NCBI GenBank assembly: GCA_964016885.1
Contig: OZ024761.1
Location: forward strand, 20,088,001-20,152,000
DNA length: 64,000 nucleotides
Reading direction: 5' to 3'
Source: Eledone cirrhosa
Taxonomy: Eukaryota
In this document: positions 25,770 to 40,241 of the stretch, in pieces
Layout: the number at the start of each line of letters is the position of its first letter
Position numbering within the stretch: position 1 is the stretch's first letter
The notes under the pieces: model-generated
The model's input: the letters and a program-made list of their open reading frames with translations, nothing else
Told to the model about the DNA's origin: nothing
Database searches by the model: none
Translations under genes and position numbers: made by a program

Positions 25770-26925
25770 CCTGGCCTGGGAGCTGGTCTGTGTGTGAAGA
25801 GTGATGGAGTGAGAGGCTAGCAACCTGGCTTGGGAGCTGGTCTGTGTGTGAAGAGTGATGGAGTGAGAGGCTAGCAACCTGGCTTGGGAGCTGGTCTGTG
25901 TGTGAAGAGTGATGGAGTGAGAGGCTAGCAACCTGGCTTGGGAGCTGGTCTGTGTGTGAGGAGTGATGGAGTGAGAGGCTAGCAACCTGGCTTGGGAGCT
26001 GGTCTGTGTGTGAGGAGTGATGGAGTGAGAGGCTAGCAACCTGGCTTGGGAGCTGGTCTGTGTGTGAAGAGTGATGGAGTGAGAGGCTAGCAACCTGGCC
26101 TGGGAGCTGGTCTGTGTGTGAAGAGTGATGGAGTGAGAGGCTAGCAACCTGGCTTGGGAGCTGGTCTGTGTGTGAAGAGTGATGGAGTGAGAGGCTAGCA
26201 ACCTGGCTTGGGAGCTGGTCTGTGTGTGAGGAGTGATGGAGTGAGAGGCTAGCAACCTGGCTTGGGAGCTGGTCTGTGTGTGAAGAGTGATGGAGTGAGA
26301 GGCTAGCAACCTGGCCTGGGAGCTGGTCTGTGTGTGAGGAGTGATGGAGTGAGAGGCTAGCAACCTGGCTTGGGAGCTGGTCTGTGTGTGAGGAGTGATG
26401 GAGTGAGAGGCTAGCAACCTGGCTTGGGAGCTGGTCTGTGTGTGAGGAGTGATGGAGTGAGAGGCTAGCAACCTGGCCTGGGAGCTGGTCTGTGTGTGAA
26501 GAGTGATGGAGTGAGAGGCTAGCAACCTGGCTTGGGAGCTGGTCTGTGTGTGAGGAGTGATGGAGTGAGAGGCTAGCAACCTGGCTTGGGAGCTGGTCTG
26601 TGTGTGAAGAGTGATGGAGTGAGAGGCTAGCAACCTGGCTTGGGAGCTGGTCTGTGTGTGAGGAGTGATGGAGTGAGAGGCTAGCAACCTGGCTTGGGAG
26701 CTGGTCTGTGTGTGAGGAGTGATGGAGTGAGAGGCTAGCAACCTGGTTTGGGAGCTGGTCTGTGTGTGAGGAGTGATGGAGTGAGAGGCTAGCAACCTGG
26801 CTTGGGAGCTGGTCTGTGTGTGAGGAGTGATGGAGTGAGAGGCTAGCAACCTGGCTTGGGAGCTGGTCTGTGTGTGAGGAGTGATGGAGTGAGAGGCTAG
26901 CAACCTGGCTTGGGAGCTGGTCTGT
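25770..26925 (+). repeat. 54-bp GC-richer minisatellite (~21 copies)
   Basis: Unit CCTGGCTTGGGAGCTGGTCTGTGTGTGARGAGTGATGGAGTGAGAGGCTAGCAA. Confidence 0.98.
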
Positions 26926-27162
26926 AGTAACAAGACCTGCACGTGTGTGAAATTGGGGCCTTTCATTGCCCAATGTTCCAAGGACAGCAAAAGGAACAAA
27001 AGAAAGAAAATGAGCTCTGAAAATTACTGGTGTAAAAAATAAATTAGTCATTAGTTCTTATTCTCATACAATTTTGACTGAAGTTGCTTGGATATTTTGG
27101 AAAGTTACTATCTTGGATCAAGTGACTATGTCTTAGAAATCCAAACTTAACCATTTCGTTAC

Positions 27163-27340
27163 TATGGGTGAAGAAGTACCAAGAAATTGCAGATCAAGGA
27201 AGATGCAGTAGGATGGGGGAGGGACCAGGGAATACCTCAGTGAGGAGGTGACAAAGGGCTAAAACGAGTGGAGGGATGTTGTGCTAGAAAAGACCCATCC
27301 AACCCATGCAAGTATGAAAAAGAAAACATATGATGATGAA
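27163..27340 (+). mobile_element. Highly decayed RTE 3' end nested in a TTAA MITE
   Basis: GTGCTAGAAAAGACCCATCCAACCCATGCAAG...(GAT)n. The MITE left end TTAACCATTTCG is at 27147 and the MITE resumes (GATACTGTCTATTATTTT) at ~27341. Confidence 0.55.
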
Positions 27341-28851
27341 GATACTGTCTATTATTTTTAAATCAGTTTCAAAATAAACAAGAATTACGAAGGGTTTTAT
27401 AATATAACTTGCCCATTATAAGAAAAAGCAAATCCAATTTACAGCTCACATCTTATGCAGGTTTAGCTGGCCTTCTATGAAGTAGCATTACATTGGAACA
27501 TAACATAACAAAGGGTCTTATATAAATTTATGATGGAAGGTTTTAGATAAATATAAACACTTTAGAATAAACAGCTTTGTATTGTAAAACAAGGGACAGT
27601 TTCAGGTGGTTTAATAACAAAACGGCCAATTCAGTGAAGTGGATGTTCTTTTTTATCCCCCTCAACAAAACTGCCAGAAACTGAGTAATGTGTTGCATGG
27701 TTTTACGACAATAAATCAGGGCATGAGGGAGGGGGTGAAATGAAATTTACAGGTTTAACTATCCTCGTACCTAAGTTACATCTCGTAGAAGGTTTCTTGG
27801 GTGTTTTAATGATAAGGGCCTTAGTTCTACAGTAAATCATACTTCTGTTTGGAATATAAATTAACGAAATTTCCACAAATTAAGATTTATCACTTGACAG
27901 TATCATCATTAAAAACGAAAGGTAAAACAAAACAAGGAAAATTGCTTGTGAAGAATTTACAGTAACTATCCATACACGGATCTTTTGTTAATTGATGATG
28001 TAAAGATTGATTTGTGACACCCCCCCCCCCATCCTCTTCTTCATCATCATCACTATTATCACCACCATCATCAGCAGCAGCACTATCACCACCATGATCA
28101 ATCATCATCACCACATACCCACCATTCCATGTTTGCAAGGGTTAGACAGGTCTTCTCCAACACTGTAATGTTATGTGTTGTGCTTTCCATAGTTTTTGGC
28201 AGGGATCTTCTGGCTGGATGCCCTTCCTATCACCAACTACTTTACGTGGACAGGGTACATTTTACCTGGCCAGCAGCCCTACAGAAGTTGTTTGACAACA
28301 CTTAAGGCTCCACATTAATAATAATAATAATCAACATCAAGTTGTAAATGAACTTCCTAATAAAATTAAATGTATTTCAATTAATTCATGAAAATATTTG
28401 GAATGATTAACTAAAATTATTAATTACTTCTGTATAAACCCTTTAAATACCAACACGCCCAAAATCATCTCTACTAAAGAGTTCAAATTTATACTTAAAC
28501 CTTGGACTGAAAGCTCATTATAGCACATCAGATAATATTAGAGTTAGTCATTTCATTAAACCTCTCTCATAATTGTTGATTATTTTGTTAATTAAACCAC
28601 AAAAGCAGTAATATCATTGTTAGAAGTATGGTAATGAAAAGGGTTAAGATAGTATTTATAACATAACTTAAGAAAAGGTTCCCAGGAACTCTTTAATATG
28701 GGAGGTTTTGGACAGCTAGGTATCAAAATAACCGATCCTAACATAATATATGTTTGGGCCCATAACTCCCTGTGGTATTCTGGGAGGGGGGGGGGATGAT
28801 AATATATATCCCTTGGGAATTTCAAACATGGTGGAGTTTATTCCCTTCTCT

Positions 28852-28888
<37 letters not shown>

Positions 28889-30323
28889 ATTGACCTGCAG
28901 TACTAATCTGTTATTAAATTTTTGTTATTGACCTCAATAGGATGAAACACAAAATTGACCTCAGCAGTTAGCATTTTACAGAGAGGACTGGGTGTATTTG
29001 CAGCACCCAACTGAGCTCCCCACCACCCACCACAATCGAATGTATTTCTACATCTGCATATTAATTCAGCTCACAACGTTACCCTTTCTCTGCATTGACC
29101 TGTATACTAGCCTAAAACATGACCTACCCTTACCTGACCCATCACCTCCTACCACCACCCCTTACAAACCCTCTGCCACTAAGGAGCTTAAAACTCCTCC
29201 GATAATGTGGCTATCTTGCAAAAGGTACAGGTTATCTGAGGTCGCCAGACTTGATGGTCAGTTTGTTTACATCTCTCAGATGAAAACCATGATGCAAAAT
29301 AATAACAACAATACACACGTACAGTATATATACTTAAGCCCCCCCCCCCCCCCTCCAAAAACTGTGATGGAAGTGCTGCCTTAGTAGTTACCCTCTCCAA
29401 CACGCCAACACAGTACCTCACCTCTTCCTCACCGAATTGTCAACTTTTGTCTTCATCTCTTTCCCTGGCTACTAGTTTTCACGCCAACCATGGCGACTCA
29501 CTGAAACTCTGAGGCTTACTTTTAGCTTATCTCTTCTGATAATGCATTCCAGTTTGATAATCTCCTTTAATAACAGATAATTACAACACCACCATTTCTC
29601 CCTATTAGTCTAAAAATAATCTACATGATGGATTGACTTAAAAACCACACACACACAATAATCTTCAGGTACTTGAAAGTTGCAAGACATGAAAAACATT
29701 TACACTCTTTCTACAGTAAAACCAGCAACAAATGAGTCATTAGAACATCAGATAGATGGAATACTTTGTGGTATTTGTTCAGGCTCTCTCACAGTTCACA
29801 GTTCAAATCCTGCTCAGGTCAACTTTGTCTTTCATCCTTTCGAGGTTGACAAAAAAAAAATGTACCAGTCTAGTACTGGGGTTGATTCTTCCTCTATATC
29901 TACATCTCATTTCCTTCCTATCTCACTTCCATCTTTCCCTGAAAGAAATCTACTGTATTCATACCTGGAGAGGAGATGGGTTCCAGCAGGTTTTAAATTG
30001 CCCCAGAAACTGTATATATCAATATGGTGCCACAACCCCCTCGGGAGTTACAGGACCATGCAGGTTACAATAAAACAAAATAATTTTTAATTTGCTTCAC
30101 AGTAATAATATATACATACGTATATAATAATTGCTTCTACTTTAGACACAAGGCCAGCAATTACCCAGTGCATTACTGGTACTTTATTTCATCGACGCCG
30201 TAAGGATGAAAGGCAAAGTTGACCTCGGCTAATAATATGTGTACATATATAATAATTTACACGTATGCTGCTAATATTTTAAATTTGTGGAACTAACTCT
30301 ATGTGTGTGTGTATATATATAAT

Positions 30324-30663
30324 GGAGGCACATGGCTTAGTGGTTAGAACATTGAGCTTGCAAATCGAAAGGTTCTGAGTTCAATTCTCAGACCGGGTGA
30401 TGTGTTGTTTCCTTGAGCAAGACACTTTATTTCACAATGCTCCAGTTTACTCAGCTGTAGAAATGAGATGATAGGGACTGGGGTCCCTATCATTCCACTG
30501 CAAAGTGGTCGTGGAGGTGCCACGGCAAAGAAGCACCCAGCCCACACTGTAAATGAGGTTGGTGTTAGGAAGGGCATCCAGCTGTAGAAATCAAGCCAGA
30601 ATCAGTTCCCGTCCCACCCTTGCAAGCAGGGAAAAGTGGAGGTAAAATAGTGGTGATGATGAT
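30324..30663 (+). mobile_element. Full-length SINE family A
   Basis: Near-identical to 17402-17720 and flanked by TA repeats. Confidence 0.88.
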
Positions 30664-31421
30664 ATATACTTTGACTACCAGCCCAGTCTGATGACAAGAT
30701 GTGACAGAATTAGGACAACAATGACACACACAATGTATTTCCTATCTCAGCCATATTGTTACAATAAGTAAACTTTATAATCACAAGGTCCTGGGTTCTA
30801 ACCCTACATTTGTCCCTGTAAATAGTTATTTCTCCAAAGTTACTCCTACATTTAATCCTCTATGTCATTTCTACATGCAAGTAATTATATCCTAGAAATA
30901 AATTAACAAAATATCATGTCTTCCACATGACAGTAATTAACATAACTATAGGGTTTCTCTTATACAAACTATAAATTGATCAAAATGCTAATTCTCCAGT
31001 GTGTAAGGTTGTCCTCATAACTAGTAATCCTGGTTAATATGACACAGGCCCCCTAGACATTTATATAAATAACAAGGACTAACAAAGATGTAAATAGCCT
31101 GTTAGGACAAAAAGAAACTCAACTGTGGAATTATTCCATAGTTGAGTTCCTTTTTAGTGTTTTACCAGAAACTCTGTAATTAATTGGCTAAAACATGAAT
31201 AGGACAGAAATAGAAGAACAAACTAAACAGCATTGATTATGACACTTCTCAAAGAACTTAGAGCTATATATTGAATGGATATATATATCATCACCATTGA
31301 TGACACTATATATACATCATTGATGACACTTCTCAAAAAACTTAGAGCTATATATAATATATATATATATATACATCATCATCGGATTTAACCAGCAAAG
31401 TAGTGGGGGACACACACACAC

Positions 31422-31482
<61 letters not shown>

Positions 31483-31712
31483 GAACGACAGTGGTGGAAA
31501 TGAAGATGTAATGGCTGTGTGTGTGTAAAAGGATGAATGAGATGGCTGGGTGGGGTGGGGTTGATAATGAGATGGAGTGCAGCATACCCAGCCAACCACC
31601 CACATTCCTGTATAGGTCACATCCCTATTTTAGATATATATACAATGTATCACATATTCTAAACGTTATATAGCTCCAGCTGTTAAGACAAGTATATAAA
31701 ATGTGTGTTTAG

Positions 31713-31751
<39 letters not shown>

Positions 31752-31781
31752 TACATATACATATATATATATACATATATA

Positions 31782-32840
31782 GAGCACAGATTTTACATGT
31801 GGCCGGTGCTCTGGTGCAATAAGTAGCAGCAAGTGCCCACAAACTACTAGCTCTTTCAATTGCGCAGAGGGTTCTATAGAAATAGTGGACAGCTTCCGTT
31901 ACCTGGGCGATAAAATCAGCAGTGGGGGAGGGTGCTCTGAAAGTACTGTAGCTAGAGTCAGAACTGGTTGGAAAAAGTTCAGAGAGCTTATACCACTATT
32001 AGCTGCTAAAGGGTTCTCACTAAAAATGAAAGGCAGGTTGTACGATGCCTGCATACGAACAGCAATGCTGCATGGCAGTGAGACCTGGGCATTGTGTGCA
32101 GAGGATATACGCAGACTAGAGAGGAACGAAGCTTGCATGCTCCGCTGGATGTGTAACAGTAATATACGTGAACGGCAAAGCATAAACGAACTAAGGAAAA
32201 AATTAGAGATAAGAGGGATCAGATGTTGTTTACTCGAGAGAAGGCTACGTTGGTATGGACACGTGATGCGCATGAAAGTCGATAGCTGTATAACAAAGTG
32301 CAGGGCAATAAAGATAGACGGTAGTCACGGAATAGGCAGACCTAGAAAAACCTGGGACGAGCTGATAAACTCCGACATCACACACTTACACCTCTCCAAG
32401 ACAATGTCACTGGACCGAGACCTTTGGCGGTACTCAGTAACAGAGAAGACCCGCCTTACCTAAATATATAATAAAACCTACTCCAGCCAGTAGGCATCTC
32501 TAACAAAATACACCCCGTCCCACCACCACCACCCCCACCCGATCCACACCACCCCGTTCTATGTAAAGTTATGTTGGTGCCGCGCCATCGAGGCCGAAAC
32601 AAATGAGATCGTGTAGGTGTCACGACAAAAAAACACACAGTCCACGCTGTAATGTGGCCGTGTAGGCAACACGGTAAAAACCTCCCAGACCCACACTGTA
32701 AATGTGGTTGGTGTTAGGAAGGGCATCCAACTGTAGAAAACCTGCCAGACAGTCCTATGCGAGCAAGACAATCACTCTTGCCTCAAGTGGGACTACCCCC
32801 GTCCAAACCCATGCAAGCGTGGAACACGGACGTTAAACGT

Positions 32841-32871
<31 letters not shown>

Positions 32872-32872
32872 A
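31782..32872 (+). mobile_element. 5'-truncated RTE-clade non-LTR retrotransposon (RT thumb/C-terminal region, 3'UTR and (GAT)n tail)
   Basis: Open frame ...VDSFRYLGDKIS...GWKKFREL...LHGSETW...RRLRWYGHVMRM...GRPRKTW... with a stop at 32463; these are typical RTE ORF C-terminal motifs. Confidence 0.92.
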
Positions 32873-32873
32873 C

Positions 32874-32904
<31 letters not shown>

Positions 32905-32907
32905 ATT

Positions 32908-33206
32908 CATCATCATCATGATTTCATTTTACGTCCGCTTTTTCCCTGCTTGCAAGGGGACGGGAACTGATTCTGACTTGATTTCTACAGCTGAGCTGGA
33001 TGCCCTTCCTAACACCAACCTCATTTACAGTGAGTGCTGGGTGCTTTTTTGCCATGGCACCTGCACGACCACTTTGCAGTGGAATGATATGGACCCCAGT
33101 CCCAATCATCTCATTTCTACAGCTGAGTAAACTGGAGCAATGTGAAATAAAGTGTCTTGCTCAAGGAAACAACACATCACCCGGTCTGAGAATTGAACTC
33201 ACAACG
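32908..33206 (-). mobile_element. SINE family A, head truncated just upstream of the B box
   Basis: Reverse complement matches the B-box-to-tail portion of 30324-30663. Confidence 0.88.
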
Positions 33207-33357
33207 ATTTGTTATGTCTTCATTACGTTTATTGAGTAGTGACGCGCATTTCGCTGTTGATCAGCTCAAGGTTCGATCTGTATATGAATATATATAATAA
33301 AGAGGGTGTGATAAGATACCAGGTGGACCATAATGCATCAGAGTACTCAATACTTTC

Positions 33358-33395
<38 letters not shown>

Positions 33396-34148
33396 AAGTA
33401 TAAAGAAGTGCTGAAGTGCTGAAATGCTATAAAGATAGCTTATAAAACCCCTATTTTATAAGCTATCTTTATAACATTTCTGCTATTGAGCACTTTTTTT
33501 ATACTTATATGTGTGGGTTACTAAATTGTAAATAAATACATTGATGGAATAAGTGAACTCTCAGGTTAAAAATATAGAAAGAGAAGAGGAAATATTGAGG
33601 AAGTTATTGAGAGTGGAAAAAGAGAAACGCAGGAGAGAAATAGACTGTGGACTGTATGAGGGGTGGTGTAGTGTGGGGGTGGATGGGTCTTTTGATACAG
33701 CCACACTACCCCAGCCACACCACCACCATGAAGCTGAAGAAGGAGAATGAGAAACTTCCAGAAGTTATTTAGGTCAAGTATTTCAGGGAGATTTGTTGAT
33801 GGGGGTAACATAGAGGGGGTTAGTGGGAGGGATTTGAGGGAGGGAAGGGCTCGTTAATTGCCCTTATAATTTGATCCAGGGAGATTAGGTGAGTAAATCA
33901 GAGACCAGAGGTGGAGAGAGATTAGGGGAACGAAGATAGAGAAAAATATAAGTGAGTGGGGGAGGGGGTATATATATAGAGAGATAGTAGTAGTAGTAGT
34001 AGTAGCAGCAGCAGCAATTGTTAGATAATCCCAAACAGTTCTGATCACAGATTATGACATCTGAAACCAAATATTTATTAATAACTTTCAGTGGTGAAGG
34101 TGGTGGCAAAGACACAGGACACCAGACTGTTGTTTTTGTTGTGGGTTT

Positions 34149-34535
34149 TAAACCCTTTTGTTACCATATTTCTAATGCAAGACCCTGTCTATGATTTTCA
34201 AATAGTTTTGAAAATAATCAAGAATTTTTTAGCAATTTAGTAATATAACAAACTTTCTGGTGTTTGAAACAACTTAACTTCTATCAAGAACACAACAACT
34301 TCCCTGGTATTGGTACCACACTAAAGTGCACTCGGTAGAGCATGTGATGGTACGCGTTTTCCCCTGGAGCCCCTTGTTTGTCTGTCACTCTGCTTTAGCA
34401 CTGACTGGTATGTGATAACACATCCGACCTTTGCTAGCAGGGAAAAATGGACCTTAAACAATGACGATGATAAACACTTCAAAACAAAGAGTTTTGTTTT
34501 ATAAAACCAGGGGCAGTTTGATAACAAAAGGGATT
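34149..34535 (+). mobile_element. TTAA MITE copy interrupted by other repeat fragments
   Basis: AAACCCTTTTGTTACCATATTTCTAATGCAAGACCCTGTCTATGATTTTC...AAAACCAGGGGCAGTTTGATAACAAAAGGG. Confidence 0.6.
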
Positions 34536-35643
34536 ATTACAATTAACTGACAAGATAATTTTCCAACCTTGTTATTAGTTTGATACCTCCTGTGGTATTT
34601 CAGTTTAAATTTCATCAAGGTCAACTTAACCTTAAACTCACCGTAGATAAAATATAATAACGAGAAGACTATATTTTACTATTGTAGTGTTGAAGATATG
34701 TACTGGATGTCCCATTCTTGGTAATAATCATTTCCCCTTCAGGGTTTCTTTTGTTCCTTTGTCACATTACATGTGTGTTTACAAGAGTGTGCAGCTATTT
34801 GTAGGTTGTGAAATATCAGGGTCCATCTGATAGAATGTCTTGCAGCATTCAGCCCTACTCTGTGGGTTTAAAACCTGCCAAGGTCAACTTTATTACATTA
34901 CAGAAGAGGATCAGACCCCAATATTTCATACACAGAAATTAATTTGTTGAATTTATTTTTATTACATTCCCCAACATGGCCTCAGCCCCGGTAATAGAGA
35001 GAGACATTGTTAAGTGGCCATGTCTCCAGTTTAAATATACCTTCCTCCCTCTTACCCACCAGTCTCAGACATTCTGAAAGAAGGGGTCAGGAACAGTGCT
35101 TTTCCTTTCTTGACTAAACAATTTAGAAAAAAAAAAATCAAGCGGGTGACCCAGCATGAGCCCAGCCTGCCGGCTGGAACACGTTATAGAGTGGTAATGA
35201 AGTAATCCTCCCTACTACCTCACCTAGGCCCCTAAATCACAAGTGGGGTAGGGGATATCCAGAAATCTAGATACAGAAAGAGCAACAAATAGGAAGTTTA
35301 AAATACAACAACATCAACAAGAACAAGTGTTTTAAAGTCATTTTCCCTGTTAAAACAGGGTCTTAGGTCAACCCTGCAGTTACATGACAAGCCCCCCCCC
35401 CGGTTTACCATAAACCAAGGTGTTAGGCCAGCCCTACAGAGTCACACGACAAACTTCTCAGGTTTACAATAAACCTTCTCTTTCTCCTTTCACCAACTTT
35501 CATTTCAGGCTTTTATTTCCTTCTTCACCGATGAAATGTTAAGATGAAGAAACCAATCAAGTGATCTTGCTATGACAAAGGGATGGTTTAGGGAATGAAA
35601 GATAGATAGATAGATATAGAGATAAATAGATAGAATGACTTAC

Positions 35644-35802
35644 TGTATTGCCTTGTGACAAGTACTAATGTACATGTCCCGTGTAAAGACTCAGTCAGGG
35701 CTGGCTTGTAACAGCCAAGACATCCAGGTTGGTACATCCTCCCAACACTGTTTCACAACACATCCATATAGATGTAGCAACATACAGAGACACAGATTCC
35801 TG
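35644..35802 (-). other. Candidate non-coding (5'UTR) exon
   Basis: Pyrimidine-rich tract with a CAGCAG acceptor at ~35800-35805 and an ACA|GTAAGT donor at 35644/35643; stops occur in all three minus frames. Confidence 0.35.
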
Positions 35803-36019
35803 CTGGTGAAATAACAAAATACAGGAGTTAATAAACAACTAGAGAAAAATAATTCTATAAAACAATAGATTAACATGAAAAAATAATAATTATACTAGCA
35901 AAGTGGAATTTAACAACAAAGCATGAATGGACTGAGAGAAAAACTGGGTATATGTGGAATCAGAATAAGAACGGGATGGGAAAAGTTCAGGGAGTTTCTA
36001 CCTCTGTTGACAACAAAGG

Positions 36020-36416
36020 CTTTCTCTCCATGAATAAAAGGCTGGTTGTATGATACCTGTGTATGAAGAGCAATGTTACATGGTAATAAGATATGGTCAG
36101 TGAATAGATGAGCTGAGAGAAAAGTTGGGTTTAAGAGGTTAAGAAGAGTCAGATGTAGTGTGCAAGAGAGAAGACTGCACTGGTATGGACATGTGATGCA
36201 TATGGATGATGATCACTGGGTGATGAAGTGCCACAAAATCCCAGTGGATGGAACCAGCAGTAGAGGAAGACCTTGACAGAGGTGGTGAGAGCTGAATTCA
36301 AATCTCTGAAGCTCACAGAGATGACGGAGGAACACTGCAAGTGGAGAGATGCGGTGCTGGAAAAGACCCATCCAAGCATTGAAAAGTATAGATATGATGA
36401 TGATGATGATGATGAT
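36020..36416 (+). mobile_element. Degraded RTE 3' fragment
   Basis: Frameshifted remnants of KGWLYDTC and VQERRLHWYGHVMHMDDD, with a (GAT)n tail. Confidence 0.82.
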
Positions 36417-37544
36417 TTTGTATTCTAGCAATTCCCAGAGTTATAATCTGAGCAAGTTTCACTCCCCTCTAAAAACATCTAAAAACTCTGCAAGGTTTTC
36501 ACTTGTTTACTACATAATTAATTAATTTGGTAATATTAATTAATTTGGCCATATTAAACAAACTATGGCCGACTAGTATCAAAGAAAATATTCCTAGTCG
36601 AGTCATTTAGTGATTGTGACATTTATTAATTAACTCACTCCATTATCTATATTTATGTTGACTAAATATTTGTTGTTTTGTCAAGCAACAAGCCCTCTTG
36701 TATAAACCATGATAGAGTTGAGTTAACCTTTGTCTAGTTTTGGGACAGTTGTTGTTGTTACAGCTCACACAAACGTTCTGAGTTCAAATGCCACCAAATC
36801 AGCCTTACAGAGTTTTGATAAAATAAAGTACCAGTTAAATAGTGGGGCTAGATGTAATCGACTTTTCCCTCTCCACCAATTACAGGCAGGCCTTGTGCCT
36901 AAATCAGAAACCACTATTTTAATGACAGTATAGCTTACAACTTTCTACATTCTGAGTTCAAATCCTGCTTTGCCTTTCATACTCAAGTGGAGTTACTGAC
37001 CTCACAGATGAACCAGAGGCCTGTACCTACATTAGGGAGGTTGTCATGTAGTTGACACAACTGAAGGGTCCTCCAAACCCTTTGTTTGGCAAGTTTTCTG
37101 CAGCTAGATGCCTGCCAATCCTAACACCAACAACTGACAGTGTACTGGGTGTCTTTATAACTAAGGATGCTGGTTATCTGGGTTGTTCCTAAGCCATTAT
37201 GTTTGATACTAACCACCGAGGTAGAACCAACTAATCATATTAAACAACATCTTAACGCAAAACAAACAGATCATGTAGTATCACTTGATATTGTATATGG
37301 AGAGATATATATCACTGATATCAATTTATTTAACACCATTGTTAGATACAAAACTGCCAGAAACTGTCTCTGATTTTATCACACTTTGCTGTTTATTTTA
37401 AAGTGTTTATCTAAACCTTCCAACATAATTTTATGTCAGCTTATCTGAGAGATCAGTAGTTCCACTTGAGTACTGACATGGTTTGAGATGATCCAGTCAA
37501 ACCCATGGTTCCAAAGATGGACATTAAATGATGATGATGACTCT

Positions 37545-38228
37545 GTAATACTTTTGATACCAACTCATTCAAAACTGCCTCTGGTTCTATAAAACAAAAC
37601 CACCCATTTTAAAGGGTTCCTATTTAACCCTTTTGATTCCAACTTGCCCCAAACCACCCATTTTAAAGGGTTCTTATTTAACCCTATTTATAACAATTTG
37701 CCCCAAATCCCCCCTGGTTCTATGAAACAAAATCCCGTTTTAAAGGGTTCCTATTTGAATTAAAATTTTCCAACAACATTCTATATAAGAACCATATGTT
37801 TAGTTACTATTTCAGTAATGAAATGATTAATGATTTTAGTAAATCCTTCAAAATTCTTCTAATTAATTGAAATGGAGTGTATTTCATTAGGAATAGTCAC
37901 AAAAGTGTTATGTTCCAAACACCAGCTTAATAATGAGATAATTAATAATTAAAAATGTTTCATTAATTAATTCAAATACAGGGTATATCATTAGAAATAT
38001 GGTAAATAACGAGAAAGTTATATTACTAAATCTCTCTGAAATATTTTTTTATTATTTTAAAAATTAGCTGAAAATTATAGTCAATGTCTTTGATTAGAAA
38101 TATGGTAATGAAATGATTAATAATGAGAAAGTTATATTACTAAATTCCTTCAAATTTTTGATTTTCAAAATTAATTGAAAACCATATTCTATTGTCTTCC
38201 TTTTAAAATATGGTAACGGAAGGGTTAA
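37545..38228 (-). mobile_element. Cluster of inverted TTAA-MITE copies and fragments
   Basis: Repeated reverse-orientation family motifs (TTAACCCTTTTGAT, TTTTAAAGGGTTC, TTAGAAATATGGTAATGAAA, GGAAGGGTTAA at 38228). Confidence 0.6.
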
Positions 38229-39099
38229 GTTATATTATTAAATCCCTTCAAATGTTTGATTTTCAAAATGATTTGAAAATCATATCCTAATTAGTGCCTT
38301 CATTAAAAATATGGTAACGAAGAAGTTGGTTTGAGCTATCATACATATCCAGTCGTTTCTTTCACACTGGAAGAGCAACTAAGATAAAAGTTCTTTGTAC
38401 TCCAGTCAAAACAGTCGTCCTCAACGGAATAGCAAGACCAGTGACAATGAACATGACATGAAGACAGACAAAAGAAGCTAACAACGGAAGGAATTCCAAA
38501 CTCTTTCTCTCTCTGCAAGTCTCAGAGTTTTCCACTCCATTACACACTATCTGCTGATAAATCTTTCCTTAATTAGAGTTTGTTTTCATATTGACAACAA
38601 GTATTAATGGGAGGTGGTGGTGGTATAGAGATTTGGGGGTTTTGTTTAAAGAATATCTCTTTGTCAGGCAGAGGCCTGGGTAATATTTAACAGCAATCCA
38701 CTCTAAATATAGGTACCGCTGATTGTTATGACTACAACTGTAATAAAATAATTATTAGAAAAACACCATGAACACACATATATATTAAATAATATATATA
38801 TACATATATATATATATTATATATTATATATGTAGGTGTATAAAGAGAGACAGCATCATTCATACTTTAACCTAAATCACATTCAGATTTTTCTCAGTAA
38901 TAGTTGAGGAGAAGGATTATAAGATTAATGAGATATTAATCTGAAAGGTCTAACGGGATCAACAAATGCATCAAACATAAAATTAACTTATATTAACTAG
39001 CAATCTATATTTCATACTTTACTCTCTGCTGCCTCTTTGTTTCTCTCCAGCACACACACACACACACTACATACATTGTATATATATATATATTATACA

Positions 39100-39249
39100 C
39101 AGGTAAAATTCCGTTATAACACCATTATAACGGAACATGTTTCCATCCCCGGCCACACACTCGATGTTAGGTCGATCTCGTTATAAAGAATTTTTTGTTA
39201 CAAATTATTTTTTATACCTCGTGAATTTCGTTATAACGGAATTTCACAG
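39100..39249. mobile_element. pogo/Tigger-like MITE (~150 bp)
   Basis: Imperfect TIRs CAGGTAAAATTCCGTTATAAC...GTTATAACGGAATTTCACAG in TA context, with internal repeats of the CGTTATA motif. Confidence 0.7.
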
Positions 39250-39655
39250 TATATATTATACACATGCACACACACATATACATTATATACATACATGTAT
39301 ACACTGACAGCCGACAGACAGATATAAAACTGTATGGAAGCTGTGATGGTAGTGGGTAGACAGAAGAGAACTAGTATTACTATATACACAGAATATATAT
39401 ACTAAATATATATATTATACACACACACAGATATATAGATAGACACAGATATAGACAGACAGACACACACACACACACACAGATATATAGACAGACACAC
39501 ACACAGATATATAGACAGAGACACACACATAGATATAGACAGACAGACAGACAGACAGACTAACTGAATGTATTAGTACTGGTGAGTTTTGTCATCATCA
39601 GTGGTGAGGAAGACACAGAGTGTATATATATATATATATATATACATAGTTAGTA

Positions 39656-39703
<48 letters not shown>

Positions 39704-40196
39704 TAGTTAGTTCAGATGTCTGCCTTAGAGTGGTCTCAAGCTAAAATCAATATGTCAGCCAAGAATGGAACAGTCCATTGCTTCAGTTTCAGGAAAAGGG
39801 GAGATCAGGATGAAAAAATATATTTAAAAAAAAAAAAGAAAAAGTTTTGTATAATACAGAGAATATTTCCACAGAAAAATAATTAAAAATGTAAAAATAA
39901 AAAAAATAAAAATATTATTGTTTCTGATTTAAGCACAAGGTCAGCAATTTTGTGAGGCAGAGGAGAGAGTAAAGTTGATTATATCACCCCAAGTTTGTAA
40001 CTGGTACTTCATTTTATCAACTCTGGAAGGATGAAATTCAAAGTTGACTTTGGCAGGATTTGAACATAATAATGATAATAATAAAGATTTCTTTTGGTCT
40101 CAAGGGCCCAAGGCATTGGGGACAACAATACAAGGATGAAATGCAGGTGTGTGTCTGTATTTATATATATATAATTTATATACACACATATAATGT

Positions 40197-40241
<45 letters not shown>

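Noticed and set aside
25737-27051. 420-aa and 433-aa minus-strand ORFs
   Set aside because: Two overlapping frames are open only because the 54-bp unit lacks stops; no supporting gene structure.
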